Positions 10,184 through 21,160 of a stretch of DNA of 23,749 nucleotides are shown here, in pieces (within the stretch, counting starts at the first letter, position 1; the number at the start of each line of letters is the position of its first letter). Under the pieces are notes generated by a model. That model did no database searches. It was not told the origin of the DNA and was given only the letters and a program-made list of their open reading frames with translations. The translations under genes were made by a program, and so were the position numbers. The stretch lies in contig NW_021836548.1 of assembly GCF_006345805.1 (NCBI RefSeq), positions 1-23,749 on the forward strand. Direction: 5' to 3'. This stretch comes from Octopus sinensis (taxonomy: Eukaryota).

Positions 10184-11434
10184 TTTTGTCCTGGGGCCGT
10201 AAGTAAATCGCCGCGTAAATGAAGTGGGATGACATAAAAGAAAGAATCGAAACCTCGTTGCGGTTACGTCACTGCAGGAAGCTGACCACTTGCTTGGTGA
10301 GGCTTGTCCTAACCTATGAATAAATTACAGAGTTTTGAATATAGAAAATAAAAAGGAAAAAGAAAAAACATGGAATTAATTATAAATAAAGATTTTGTAA
10401 CCACCAACATAAAGTTTGTTTTTGTTTTTCATACCGAAGTCTCCTGATGTCTAAAAACCGGTATTAAATAATACAACACCACCAACGAAATATAATGAAT
10501 AATAAATAATTAACGAAACGGAATGGGATGGATTTTTTTTCTTTCTTTTCTTTGTGTATTTTTTTTTATTAATGGAATATATAAAAGATTTGAATAATTT
10601 TCAACGACATTGTATGTGTTATATAAGAGGCGAGTGAATGCGTTGGCGATGGAGTTAACAATCTCACTGAGTTCGTCGTCTATAGACTGGCTCGAGATGG
10701 CTTTGTAATGATTTCAGTATGACATTTTACTGGTGTGTGTCTCGATAGATGTGTTAATAGACCTATTGTGTTGGATTAGGGCCCAATAGAACACATTAGA
10801 ATGTAATGAGTTTTATCAATTTGCGGGCTATAAAGAAAGGAAGGCCCCAGGGCGAGGGAGGTGCGCTCCTGTTTCGGGCTCTCAACAGCTACCTCGGCCA
10901 TGGTGGCAAGCGAGATAACTCTGCGGGAAAAAAAACACTTCATTTCCCCAATTTGGTGAGGGACGAGAAATGTTTTGCCGTTCCAGAATTAAAAAAAGAA
11001 AACGAGAAATGCGCGCCAAAGAAAAAGTTTTTAAATGTGCGCTGAAGCAATAAAAGTCCCCAATTTCATTACCCTGGCCTCTTTTATTATTATTATTATT
11101 AAATCTTTTTTTAAATTTTTATATTCATAAATGTAATTCATTTGGCTTTAAAAAAAAATAATGCTCACTTCTAATTCAAAATGACGAATTGAAAAGAAAA
11201 AGAAAAAAGAAACGAACTAGCTGTGAGTCTTACCAGGAAGGTTGAAAATGTTGGAAGAAGTCAGTGTTTACGAAGACAGGTTTGAAAGTAAAAAAGTCAA
11301 AACGTATCATTTCATTTCTGTTTGGAGACGATTTGAAATCCTTTTTCTTTCTTTCTACATTCAACTTTCTTTAAATCTTTTCTCTCGTTCTTTCGCTTGA
11401 TTTGCTCTTCGCAGCGCCGGCTGTTAGCACTCAC

Positions 11435-11455
11435 GATCTTCGGAACTATGAGACA
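11435..11455 (-). other. Candidate 21-nt microexon (TGTCTCATAGTTCCGAAGATC)
   Basis: Minus strand: CTAAC branch motif (11505-11501), AG-free pyrimidine-rich tract, TTCAG acceptor (11460-11456), 21 nt, GTGAGT donor (11434-11429). A competing plus-strand reading exists. Confidence 0.3.
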
Positions 11456-12228
11456 CTGAACGACAGAAGAAAACAAGCGAGAAAAAGAATCGGGGTGTGA
11501 GTTAGAATAAACTTATGTTTTCTTTGTGACAAGTAATTGTTAGCAGATGTTGTGGGTTGCATTCGGACTGATATGGTCTGGGGAGGAGACCTCAACGTCC
11601 ATGCCGAGGAGCCTGGAACTCAGCGTTTCAAGTAACCATAGTAATAGAAGCTTTACCATCCGTTTGCTTAAAACTAGAAGCAGTTGGGGCTTCCTCACGA
11701 GTCGGGGAGCGGGCTATGCACTTCACAGTGTCGACAACACGCGAGCCAGCCAAAAGAAAGGCATGGAAAAAGACTATAATTACAACTCAACAAGATTTTT
11801 TGTGTGTGTGAGGGGGGGGAGAGGTGAAAAAAGTTTGAAATATAAAGACGAAAAACAAAAACAATATCAAAATAAAAATACAATCTCACAAACACAGACA
11901 AAAACAAAACAACGAAAAGAGTGTTTAGAACGCAAATTTCAACAATTGATTCACCATTTTGATTCAATTTCTTCTGTCGCTTTCTTTCTCTCGACTTTTA
12001 TCACACAACCTTTCACTATCTCTGTCACCTCCTCACACTCTCACACCCTTTCTTTCACTCTATTTCCCCCCTCTCGTTCTTCTTATATTTCTCTCTCGTT
12101 TTTATTATTATATTCTATATCCACCTATCTTTCTTGTTCTTCTTCTTCTTCATATCTCTTCAAATCTTTCTTTTTCTACACAACAACAAAAAAACATTCA
12201 AAATTGATTTTATTTAAAAAAAAAAATT

Positions 12229-12925
<697 letters not shown>

Positions 12926-13595
12926 ACTGAGAGCTACAAGGTCTGAAGAGCTTAGAAGAAGTAACAGCAATAGAAAAAGGCTTATCAACAGTGTGTCTAC
13001 CATTTGGCAAAAGAAAAAAAAAAAGAAAGATTCTAAACTCACATTATTTCCTGTCCAAATGAACCAACTTTAATGTGACACATTGTTATCGTATGAATAA
13101 TACATTTGGGGGGGGGGAGAGCCCTATGGTTTTATATCAATAAATTAGGAATAAATAAAAGGGACTGCCCTACAGATTGTAACCTCGTTGTTTAACTTCG
13201 ACTGGCCATCTCTGTTTTCAAATCGCTTAGGTAGTCTCTATGCTATATAAAGTTTCCATAATGGACGCTTAATCAAAAACCTTTGTGGGAGGAGAATATT
13301 TCGTTATTGTTGTTTTGTTTTCTCTTACTTTATTCTTTATTTTATTTTATTTTATCTCTTTTTTTTTTTTTTGGTTTATTGTTTTCTATTCTCTGCGATG
13401 TATTTTCTCGGTTTTTTTCTATTTATTTCATTTTATACCTTTTTGAGATATTTCTCTTTTTTTAATTCTTTCCTTTCTTTTCTACATCGCCTTCAATTGG
13501 ATTTTTTTTCTTCTCTTCTTTCTTTTCTGTCGTCTGCTTCAATCATTTGAAAATCTACATCAGCATCATCATAATCATTACCATCACCGTCTTCA

Positions 13596-13659
<64 letters not shown>

Positions 13660-13804
13660 TCTTTGTTGTCCTCATCTTACGTAATCTACAGTTTTGTTGC
13701 GTCATAAGCATTAAGACGTTTTCCCGTTTTCCTTTCTTACGGTTGTTGCTGTTTTATTTATAGTGGTTTGCTGCTCTCCATTGTTCCTTTATATTTTATT
13801 TTTA

Positions 13805-13836
<32 letters not shown>

Positions 13837-13979
13837 GAAACTATCATTGTTGTTGCACATATATATTTATGCAAAATTGATACATCTGTGAAAGGAGTTC
13901 CTTGAATACGCCATAAGATTACATAAATGGAACTGTTGATGACAATGTAACGATGTTTGCTGATTAAATCTTCACTTAC

Positions 13980-14138
13980 CAATTGAGCCATTCTCCTATC
14001 TGACAGGTAGACTTCCCTCTCGACGAGAAAAGAAAGAGGAAAAGTGGCAGTAAAAGAGGAAGAAAAGAAAGAAAGGAGAATGGTATAGATTCCCTGTTCA
14101 AAGAAAACATGGCCTTCAGCATTAGCAGAGCACCCAGT
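13980..14138 (-). other. Candidate minus-strand exon ending in a strong donor (TTG|GTAAGT), possibly a first exon with ATG at 13991
   Basis: agaATGGCTCAATTG|gtaagt with purine at -3 and G at +4; preceded by a long pyrimidine tract; 5' boundary uncertain. Confidence 0.4.
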
Positions 14139-14160
14139 CGATACCTGTGAACGTGGGGTT

Positions 14161-14168
14161 CTTTTATA
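14161..14168 (-). promoter_or_regulatory. TATA box candidate (TATAAAAG)
   Basis: Exact TATAWAWR match about 170 nt upstream of the candidate ATG at 13991. Confidence 0.3.
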
Positions 14169-14696
14169 AACAAACTTTAAACGAAGCGGCCAAACCTTTT
14201 TAAAAAGCATTTAGTTTTCCAGTTGGTTTATTCCTGTTTCTCAGCATTTAACAGACGGCCCCTACTGTGCAGAATTCATTAAGAGAGGACATAGAAGGCT
14301 AAATGTTTTGTTTTCTGCAAGGTGTTAATTTGCTTGTAACATGGGACCATGCTATAACAACAAGCAATACAGAATAATCGCAACAATGGAATACGGTGGG
14401 GTAGGCGTGGGGGGAAGGTCTTTTAGAGTTTGTTAAAGCCTCGGCAGTGTTCTTCAAATGCGTTTCTTAATTGATTCTCGTCTTGTAGTAGCAGTTTTTA
14501 AGGAAATAATCACTGCAAAACTGGCCTCTATGAGTTACGCAACCATGGAACCAGTATATTGAGAGTGAAGAGGAGGGAAAAGACGAAGCAGTGGAGCGGT
14601 CTCCGCCATTTCTTTTGTATTTGATTAGGCTTAAATTGTTTCTGATTGCACTCACACACACACACACACACACACATACATACACACACACACATA

Positions 14697-14748
<52 letters not shown>

Positions 14749-15479
14749 CTTATATTTTATAGATCTGTATATGCATGCATAAATAAGTATGTATGTATGT
14801 ATGTATGTATGTGTGTATTTATGTATGTATGTATATATGTATGTATGTACGTATATGTGTGTGTGTGTGTGTGGAGAGAGAGTGCGAGAGATGCTTTCTC
14901 TTGTATCAAATATTCCTTTTTATGTTCCCTATATTTTACCACCATTCAGCATCACAATCATCATTTATTAATATTATCGCTCGTTCCCTTTGTTGTTAGT
15001 AGACATCTTGTTGTGGTTGTTGCTGCTATTACTACTACTAGTACTACACTACTACTACCTTGTTAAGAGTTTGTGGTGATTGGAGTTATTCAATTAAATA
15101 TAGATACATATATGGAAACACACATACATACATAAGTGTTTATACATAATATATATATATATTCACACACACACACATACACACATACATATATATTCAG
15201 GAATACGTCCATAGAGACATATATACTCTTAGGTTCGTAGTCACATTCATACCCCATTCGTGTATATATGTGTGTGTATGCATGTGTACATGTAAGTCTT
15301 TTTATAATTATTTGAATTCTTCTTATACGGAAGAAACGTGTTTCTAGCAAAGATACAAAACACCATCGTTGGAATTTAGATACCAAAAACGATTGAATGT
15401 TACATGTTAAACCTTTAAAAAGTTTTGCATGTTCTCATTGTTCCGCTTACAAAGTGTAATCTCAAAAGGCATCTTAGCA

Positions 15480-16400
15480 GCTGGTCACTTACTTTGCCTG
15501 AAAGTCAAATTTTTTCTAGACACTTACAATGGTCAATATCAACATATAATCCGGGAAGGGGTCGCCACCTTTCGAAGTTTTCAGTAAATTTTCAGTAAAT
15601 AATCAGTAATTTTTTCTACCTCTTCATTTCTAAAGGAATATTCAAACGTACAGAAACGGTTTACTTTCATAACTGCATATTTTTTTCTCTTTCGAGTCCG
15701 AAGCAACTGTATCAGGACTGTTGCATTTGCCTTCGGTGGAACACCTACAGGTGTAGTCTACCAATATTCCGTGAAACAGTAACAGTATTATTTTCAATAT
15801 CAATATCAGGACAGTCCTTCTTAAGGATTGCTTAGGTACGGCTGAAGCAGGCTAGAATCTTCTTGACATTTGGAAGAGGTTACTAATCACAGACATAATG
15901 GACGTTTTCTGTCATATTTGGGAAGCTTAACAGCTTCACTTTCTACTTTGCTCACCATTTTCGCGGTGATTATATTTTGGTCTTGGATTACGGAATATAG
16001 CCTTGGAAATGTGGTCTGATGTGGTGGCCATGAGTCTAAGAGAAGCTAGATTTCCTGTCCATGTTTACAGGAAATTTACCAATATTTTCTGGTTTAAATA
16101 ATTGTCTCTTTTTCAGGCCCTTTTTGGGGTTCGTAGGTCGAACGATTCTGAGATGTTTTAGAACACCATTGGAGAACATATACCGATTCTTTCATTGGAA
16201 TAATCACTTCGAAGACAACCATTCAGTTCTCAGTTAGGATATCCAGGATCCTTAATCCGGTTTTGTAAGGTTTTCAATGACAGAAACTAGAACAGCAGAC
16301 ACCTTTACTGCATGCAATGGCCCCAGCAACCCCGAGGGATGAATGGAATTGAACCCATTTCTGTTATCAATCGACACTATGACGAACTTTCTAAGGGTTT
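15480..16400 (-). pseudogene. Heavily decayed coding-like remnant, possibly LINE ORF1 (gag-like)
   Basis: Microsatellite-free, with long stop-interrupted minus frames such as ...IQDQNIITAKMVSKVESEAVKLPKY... and LACFSRT*AILKKDCP, which resembles a broken zinc knuckle. Confidence 0.25.
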
Positions 16401-16680
16401 TTATTGGTTTTTATTGACTGCTGTTTCTTTTTTTGATTCTTTTTATTTTTTATTTCAAATACTAACAAGCATTATTTAGTACATCACCACACTTCCGTTT
16501 TCCCACCTGCTTGCTCATTAGTCAACACTTTGTTGGATTTGCTATAGTTTGAGAGGAATCCTTTGATAAAATATACAAGTTTGGATAAACAATGTGACTC
16601 TAGTTTTCTGCCAAATCGGTGTTTTCAATTTTTGTGGCTACAAGATTTCTCTGTATTCTGACAAACCAGCATATATGATA

Positions 16681-19027
16681 CACTGGTCAACAAGTATTTT
16701 TCATCAAGCATATGTCAAGGTGTACTTAGTGTCGTTCTTAATGCTGATTTCAAACATACAATTAGTTTTTTGACATCACGTACAGTTTTCAAGATGAGAA
16801 AGTCTTTTGGTTTTAGCTCATGCATTATATAGAAATTCCAATTAATGACGAGTATGCATGTATTTCATTTACATCATGAAAACATACCTTTAAAATAAAC
16901 TACTTTTTTTATTGCTGCATAGTTCAGATGCAATATTTCATCATCTTAAATTAACCTGTCAGGTTTTGTCTGATGAAATAGGTATTTCAAACATCTCAAA
17001 TTGTCCAGTCATAATTGGTCTGATGAAATATTTCACCATCTCAAATTCAATATAAATATAACCGTTTGTATCTATTTCCTTACTTGTTTTACAATGTTAA
17101 CAATGTCAAAACAATGTAGAAATCGTTCTGATGGTTTTAGTCTGTGGACAATTTATTGTGAAAGCTCAAAAATGTACAGTAACACCAGAGATCAAGAAGA
17201 TTTATAAGCTATACTTTGACTGTCCTCTTGGAGATCAGGACAAATTATGGTCACCACATTTTATCTGCTCAGCTTGCTCAAATGGCTTACGTGACTGGTT
17301 CAATGAAAAGAAGTCCATGCCTTTTGCCATTCCAATGGTATGGAGGGAGCCATTTTAATGACTGATATTTTTGCAAAATAATTGTCACAGGATTTTCTAT
17401 GAACAATAAACAAAATTGTGTATCCCAGTTTGGATTCTGCAATGAGACCTGTGCCTCACACTGGAAGACTGCCAATTCCAGTTCCACCAGATGATGGTAT
17501 TGAAACATCAGATGATGATGCTGACTGTCACGATAGTGCCGCTGAGGAAGATTACGTGGCTGATGATGATAGCTTTGAACCTCAGAAATTTTCCCAAGCG
17601 GAACTGAATGACCTCGTCAGAGACCTATCTCTCTCAAAAGACAAAGCAGAACTGTTGGCATCAAGACTGAAGGAGAAGTATCTGCTAGAGCACGATGTTC
17701 GTATAGCTCATTTTCGGCCGAGAAATGTGGGTCTACAAACCTGTTTTTTCTGTTGAAGGCCCACTTTAGTTATACAGTAACATCGATGAACTTTTCGAAT
17801 GTTTATCACAAAACCATGATCCTGCAGAGCGGCGTTTGTTTATTGACTCTTCAAAGCGAAGTTTAAAAGTTGTACTACTCCGTAATGGTAATTCGAAGCC
17901 TTCCATTCCTATTGCACACTCCGTTCATCTTCATGAATCATATGAGAGTATGGAACTTTTACTTCATGTCATTGACTATGAAAGATACTCATGGAAAATA
18001 TGTGGAGATTTAAAAGTCATTGGAATGCAGTCAGCTTTCACAAAATACTGTTGTTTCTTGTGTCTGTGAGATGGTTGGGCAACTGACAGACATTATTCGG
18101 AATCAAACTGGCAGACAAGAACATCATACCAGCCAGGACTGTCTAGCGTCAAGAATACACTTCTTGTAGATCCATGTAATGTCCTATTGCCACCTTTTCA
18201 CATAACAGCTTGGACTATGAAACTGTTTGCAAAGACACTCGGGAATAGAAATGTCAGAGGGTTTGAGTATATTCAAGAAAAGTTTCCAAAAAAACACTCA
18301 GGCGAAGTAGAAACAGAGTATTTTTGTCGGACCTCAAATTAGAGAAGTACTCAAAGATGTCAAATTCAAAACAACTCTGGACGAACTGGAACTGCCTGCC
18401 TGAAATGCTTTCAATTGGATCTGTGAGAATTTCTTGGGCAACAAGAAGGCAATGGACTACAAGGGTGGCATCAAAAATCTTCTGAAATGTTAGTCAGCAA
18501 TGGTTTGTCGAGTGTCACTGAAAGTTCATTTCTTGGACTCCCATCTGGATTTGCTCACAGATAACCTTGGAGCAGTGTCTGATGAACATGGTGAAAGATT
18601 TCACCAGGACATTAATGTTATGGAGAAACGGTACCAAGGCTTCTGGAAAGGCAGTATACTAGCTGACTACTGCTGGACACTTTACCCTGATCAACCAGAT
18701 CAGGAACATCGCAGGAAATGCAAATCACAATGTTTCTAACTCTGTTGTTCTAACTTTGTTTTGTCTGATCCATTTTTATGTATTCAGTCTTTGTAGAATG
18801 ATAGTGATGATTTTTAACTCAATAAACTCATTTACCTCCTAAAAATAATATGTCCTTATTTATCGAGTTAAGGATTTCATTTCATTACAAATATGTAAAT
18901 ATTTGCATGTATCTACTGAAAAATTGATATGTGCTGCATACAACTGGAGTGAAAGTTTGAAATCATCATCAAAAATGCTGGTTTGCATTGATAATGAGTA
19001 TAATACATTTAATTTTGTTGACTAGTG
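16681..19027 (+). mobile_element. Full-length (2347 bp) Chapaev3-like DNA transposon (CMC group)
   Basis: Termini cactggtcaacaa and ttgttgactagtg (12/13 inverted match); subterminal inverted motif atgctgatttcaaac (16741-16755) / gtttgaaatcatcat (18955-18969), 14/15 match; TA on both flanks; internal transposase. Confidence 0.8.
17103..18739 (+). pseudogene. Frameshifted, stop-containing Chapaev-type transposase
   Basis: MSKQCRN..., CPLGDQDKLWSPHFICSAC, MPFAIPMVWREP, AELLASRLKEK, LFIDSSKRSLKVVLL, ICGDLKV, KYCCFLCL, LLPPFHI, KVHFLDSHLD, SDEHGERFHQDI, LADYCW appear in order across several frames. Confidence 0.88.
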
Positions 19028-19089
19028 TAATCAGACCTCCTATAGATCTACATATATACATAGGCGTGTGTGTGTACATACTTACATCT

Positions 19090-19120
19090 ATCTATCTATA
19101 TATACATATATATGTATGTG

Positions 19121-19201
<81 letters not shown>

Positions 19202-19222
19202 TATATAATAATAATAATAATA
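19090..19222. repeat. (TA)n/(AAT)n microsatellite left of the palindrome
   Basis: Direct reading. Confidence 0.9.
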
Positions 19223-19416
19223 AATATTAGGGAATAAATCCAAACTTACAGGGAAAAATCAGATTTAGGATTGAATCCAATTTTATAAAAAAATATATTA
19301 TATTAAATTAGAGACAAAACCACTATTATGCAAATCAAACAATGAAAGACTTAAGCCAATACATAAATTAATTTATATTATTTAGATATAACAATTATTA
19401 AAAATATAATTAATAT

Positions 19417-19479
19417 CCACTACGATCGTTTCCTGTCTTCTGTCATCAAATTTTTGAGTAGCAGACATTCATCAGGTGG
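19417..19479 (-). ncRNA. Minimal type I hammerhead ribozyme (left-arm copy)
   Basis: Exact reverse complement of 19952-20014. Confidence 0.7.
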
Positions 19480-19951
19480 TTTCAAAATCTAAAATATAAT
19501 CAATATTTTTAAGATATAAATAATCTATATAATCTAAAATAATAATTTACTTATAATAAACTCTATTATTAAATATGATTATATCGAAATCGACTATAAT
19601 GTTAAATATTAACTTTAATTTATAAGGTAGAAAATCCATATTCTAATATCCATATTAGTCCACATCTAATTATACAGATATTCAAAATGACCGACAAATA
19701 CAAATTATCAATGAAAACATATACAAATACTACAATCAAGATCCAAAACAATCTCCATAAACAATTGCACACAATGAAAACCTAACATATCCAACCCTTC
19801 ACACCTTATAAATTAAAGTTAATATTTAACATTATAGTCGATTTCGATATAATCATATTTAATAATAGAGTTTATTATAAGTAAATTATTATTTTAGATT
19901 ATATAGATTATTTATATCTTAAAAATATTGATTATATTTTAGATTTTGAAA

Positions 19952-20014
19952 CCACCTGATGAATGTCTGCTACTCAAAAATTTGATGACAGAAGACAGGA
20001 AACGATCGTAGTGG
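19952..20014 (+). ncRNA. Minimal type I hammerhead ribozyme (right-arm copy)
   Basis: Stem I CCAC/GUGG; CUGAUGA 19956-19962; stem II UGUCU/AGACA; GAAA 19999-20002; palindromic stem III CGAUCG; GUA cleavage triplet, predicted cut after 20010. Confidence 0.7.
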
Positions 20015-20138
20015 ATATTAATTATATTTTTTAATAATTGTTATATCTAAATAATATAAATTAATTTATGTATTGGCTTAAGTCTTTCATTGTTTGATTT
20101 GCATAATAGTGGTTTTGTCTCTAATTTAATATAATATA

Positions 20139-20149
20139 ATATAATATAT

Positions 20150-20220
<71 letters not shown>

Positions 20221-20282
20221 TATATATACTATATTATATATATATATATACATATATATATATACATATATATATACATATA
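20139..20282. repeat. (TA)n microsatellite right of the palindrome
   Basis: Direct reading. Confidence 0.9.
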
Positions 20283-20854
20283 TAAAATCAAAATAAGCAA
20301 CAAGATATCCAGAGGTGATGCAGTATCCTGTTGTATATTTTGTTTTATTCACCTTACTTTGAAGTTGTACGGATAATACCACACTAATTTTTGGTGCTTC
20401 AACTTAAGTACCTAATTCATCTGAATCTCAACTATTTTGTGTGTATGTGTATATATATATATCAGTGACATTCACTTGAACGGGAAGTCTGTTTCTAGTC
20501 CCTCGCTTCATTTTGTAGCTTTCCCAGAGCTTTGGTGAAAGAATCTCCGTACATTTTAAACATTTTTTTTTTTCTTTTTGCATTCGATGTCGTACCTGGT
20601 GTCTAGTAAACTTATTCAGCTGACGAAGGCTGTTGATATTTTCTTCTAGTTTTTTTTACTTACTTTAGATTAATTAAATGGATAAGTTGCTTTATTACCT
20701 CATCTACTGCTCACGTCTGCTGGGTGTTATTTCACGGTGATAACAACCGCAGACAATCACTTGTCGAAAGGCTTTATCAAATGGTCTTTATTTTTCTTCA
20801 TGATAGATTAGAGAAATTATGAAAATTATTTTCAAAGTGAGTTTCAAAGAGTTT

Positions 20855-21100
20855 CTAAGTTGCCGATACTCCATAAACAGTCATTTCAATCGGATTAGAT
20901 TCAGACGGAGACGAGAGACGAGGATTTGGCTGCAGTTTGTTCACGTTTTTATTGCTTTCTTTTGTGGCATCTTTCGGCTGATTTTTGGATGTCTCCAGAA
21001 AATTTACTAAAATCAAAAGAGTTAAAATGACAACTGCCATCCATGACAACCATTTTGAGGGCAACGAAAGATGTTTCTTATCAAATCTGTTTAGCTGGCA
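20855..21100 (-). CDS. Candidate terminal coding exon: hydrophobic helix plus polar tail
   Basis: Open frame FDKKHLSLPSKWLSWMAVVILTLLILVNFLETSKNQPK...NPIEMTVYGVSAT* in non-repetitive DNA; weak acceptor ctaaacag; no family recognised. Confidence 0.28.
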   Translation of the reverse strand, partial: CQLNRFDKKHLSLPSKWLSWMAVVILTLLILVNFLETSKNQPKDATKESNKNVNKLQPNPRLSSPSESNPIEMTVYGVSAT

Positions 21101-21160
21101 TGTAGTTTAACTTTAGGTAAATTCCAGTCTGATAATTTTCCCGCCATGCATATCCTTTAA

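Larger units (their letters stand above)
19294..20138. repeat. Long inverted repeat: arms 19294-19628 and 19803-20138, 174-bp spacer; probable Penelope-like element pseudo-LTR inversion
   Basis: Arms are exact reverse complements by manual comparison except one homopolymer indel (A5 vs T6); each carries a hammerhead motif. Confidence 0.9.

Noticed and set aside
15485-15505. 5-nt minus-strand microexon (ttcag|gcaaa|gtaagt)
   Set aside because: Weak pyrimidine tract, frame-shifting length, and located inside a probable TE remnant.
16968-17000. ctgatga followed by a short stem as another hammerhead
   Set aside because: It is followed by CAAA rather than GAAA and lacks stem I/III closure; it is part of the direct repeats upstream of the transposase.
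20281-20335. Possible second Penelope-like terminal fragment after the (TA)n tract
   Set aside because: No homology to the palindrome arms within this window and no ribozyme core; cannot be supported without a search.
20715-20755. Imperfect hairpin gtctgc...gcagac as a pre-miRNA
   Set aside because: Only about 40 nt with bulges; flanks do not extend the stem.
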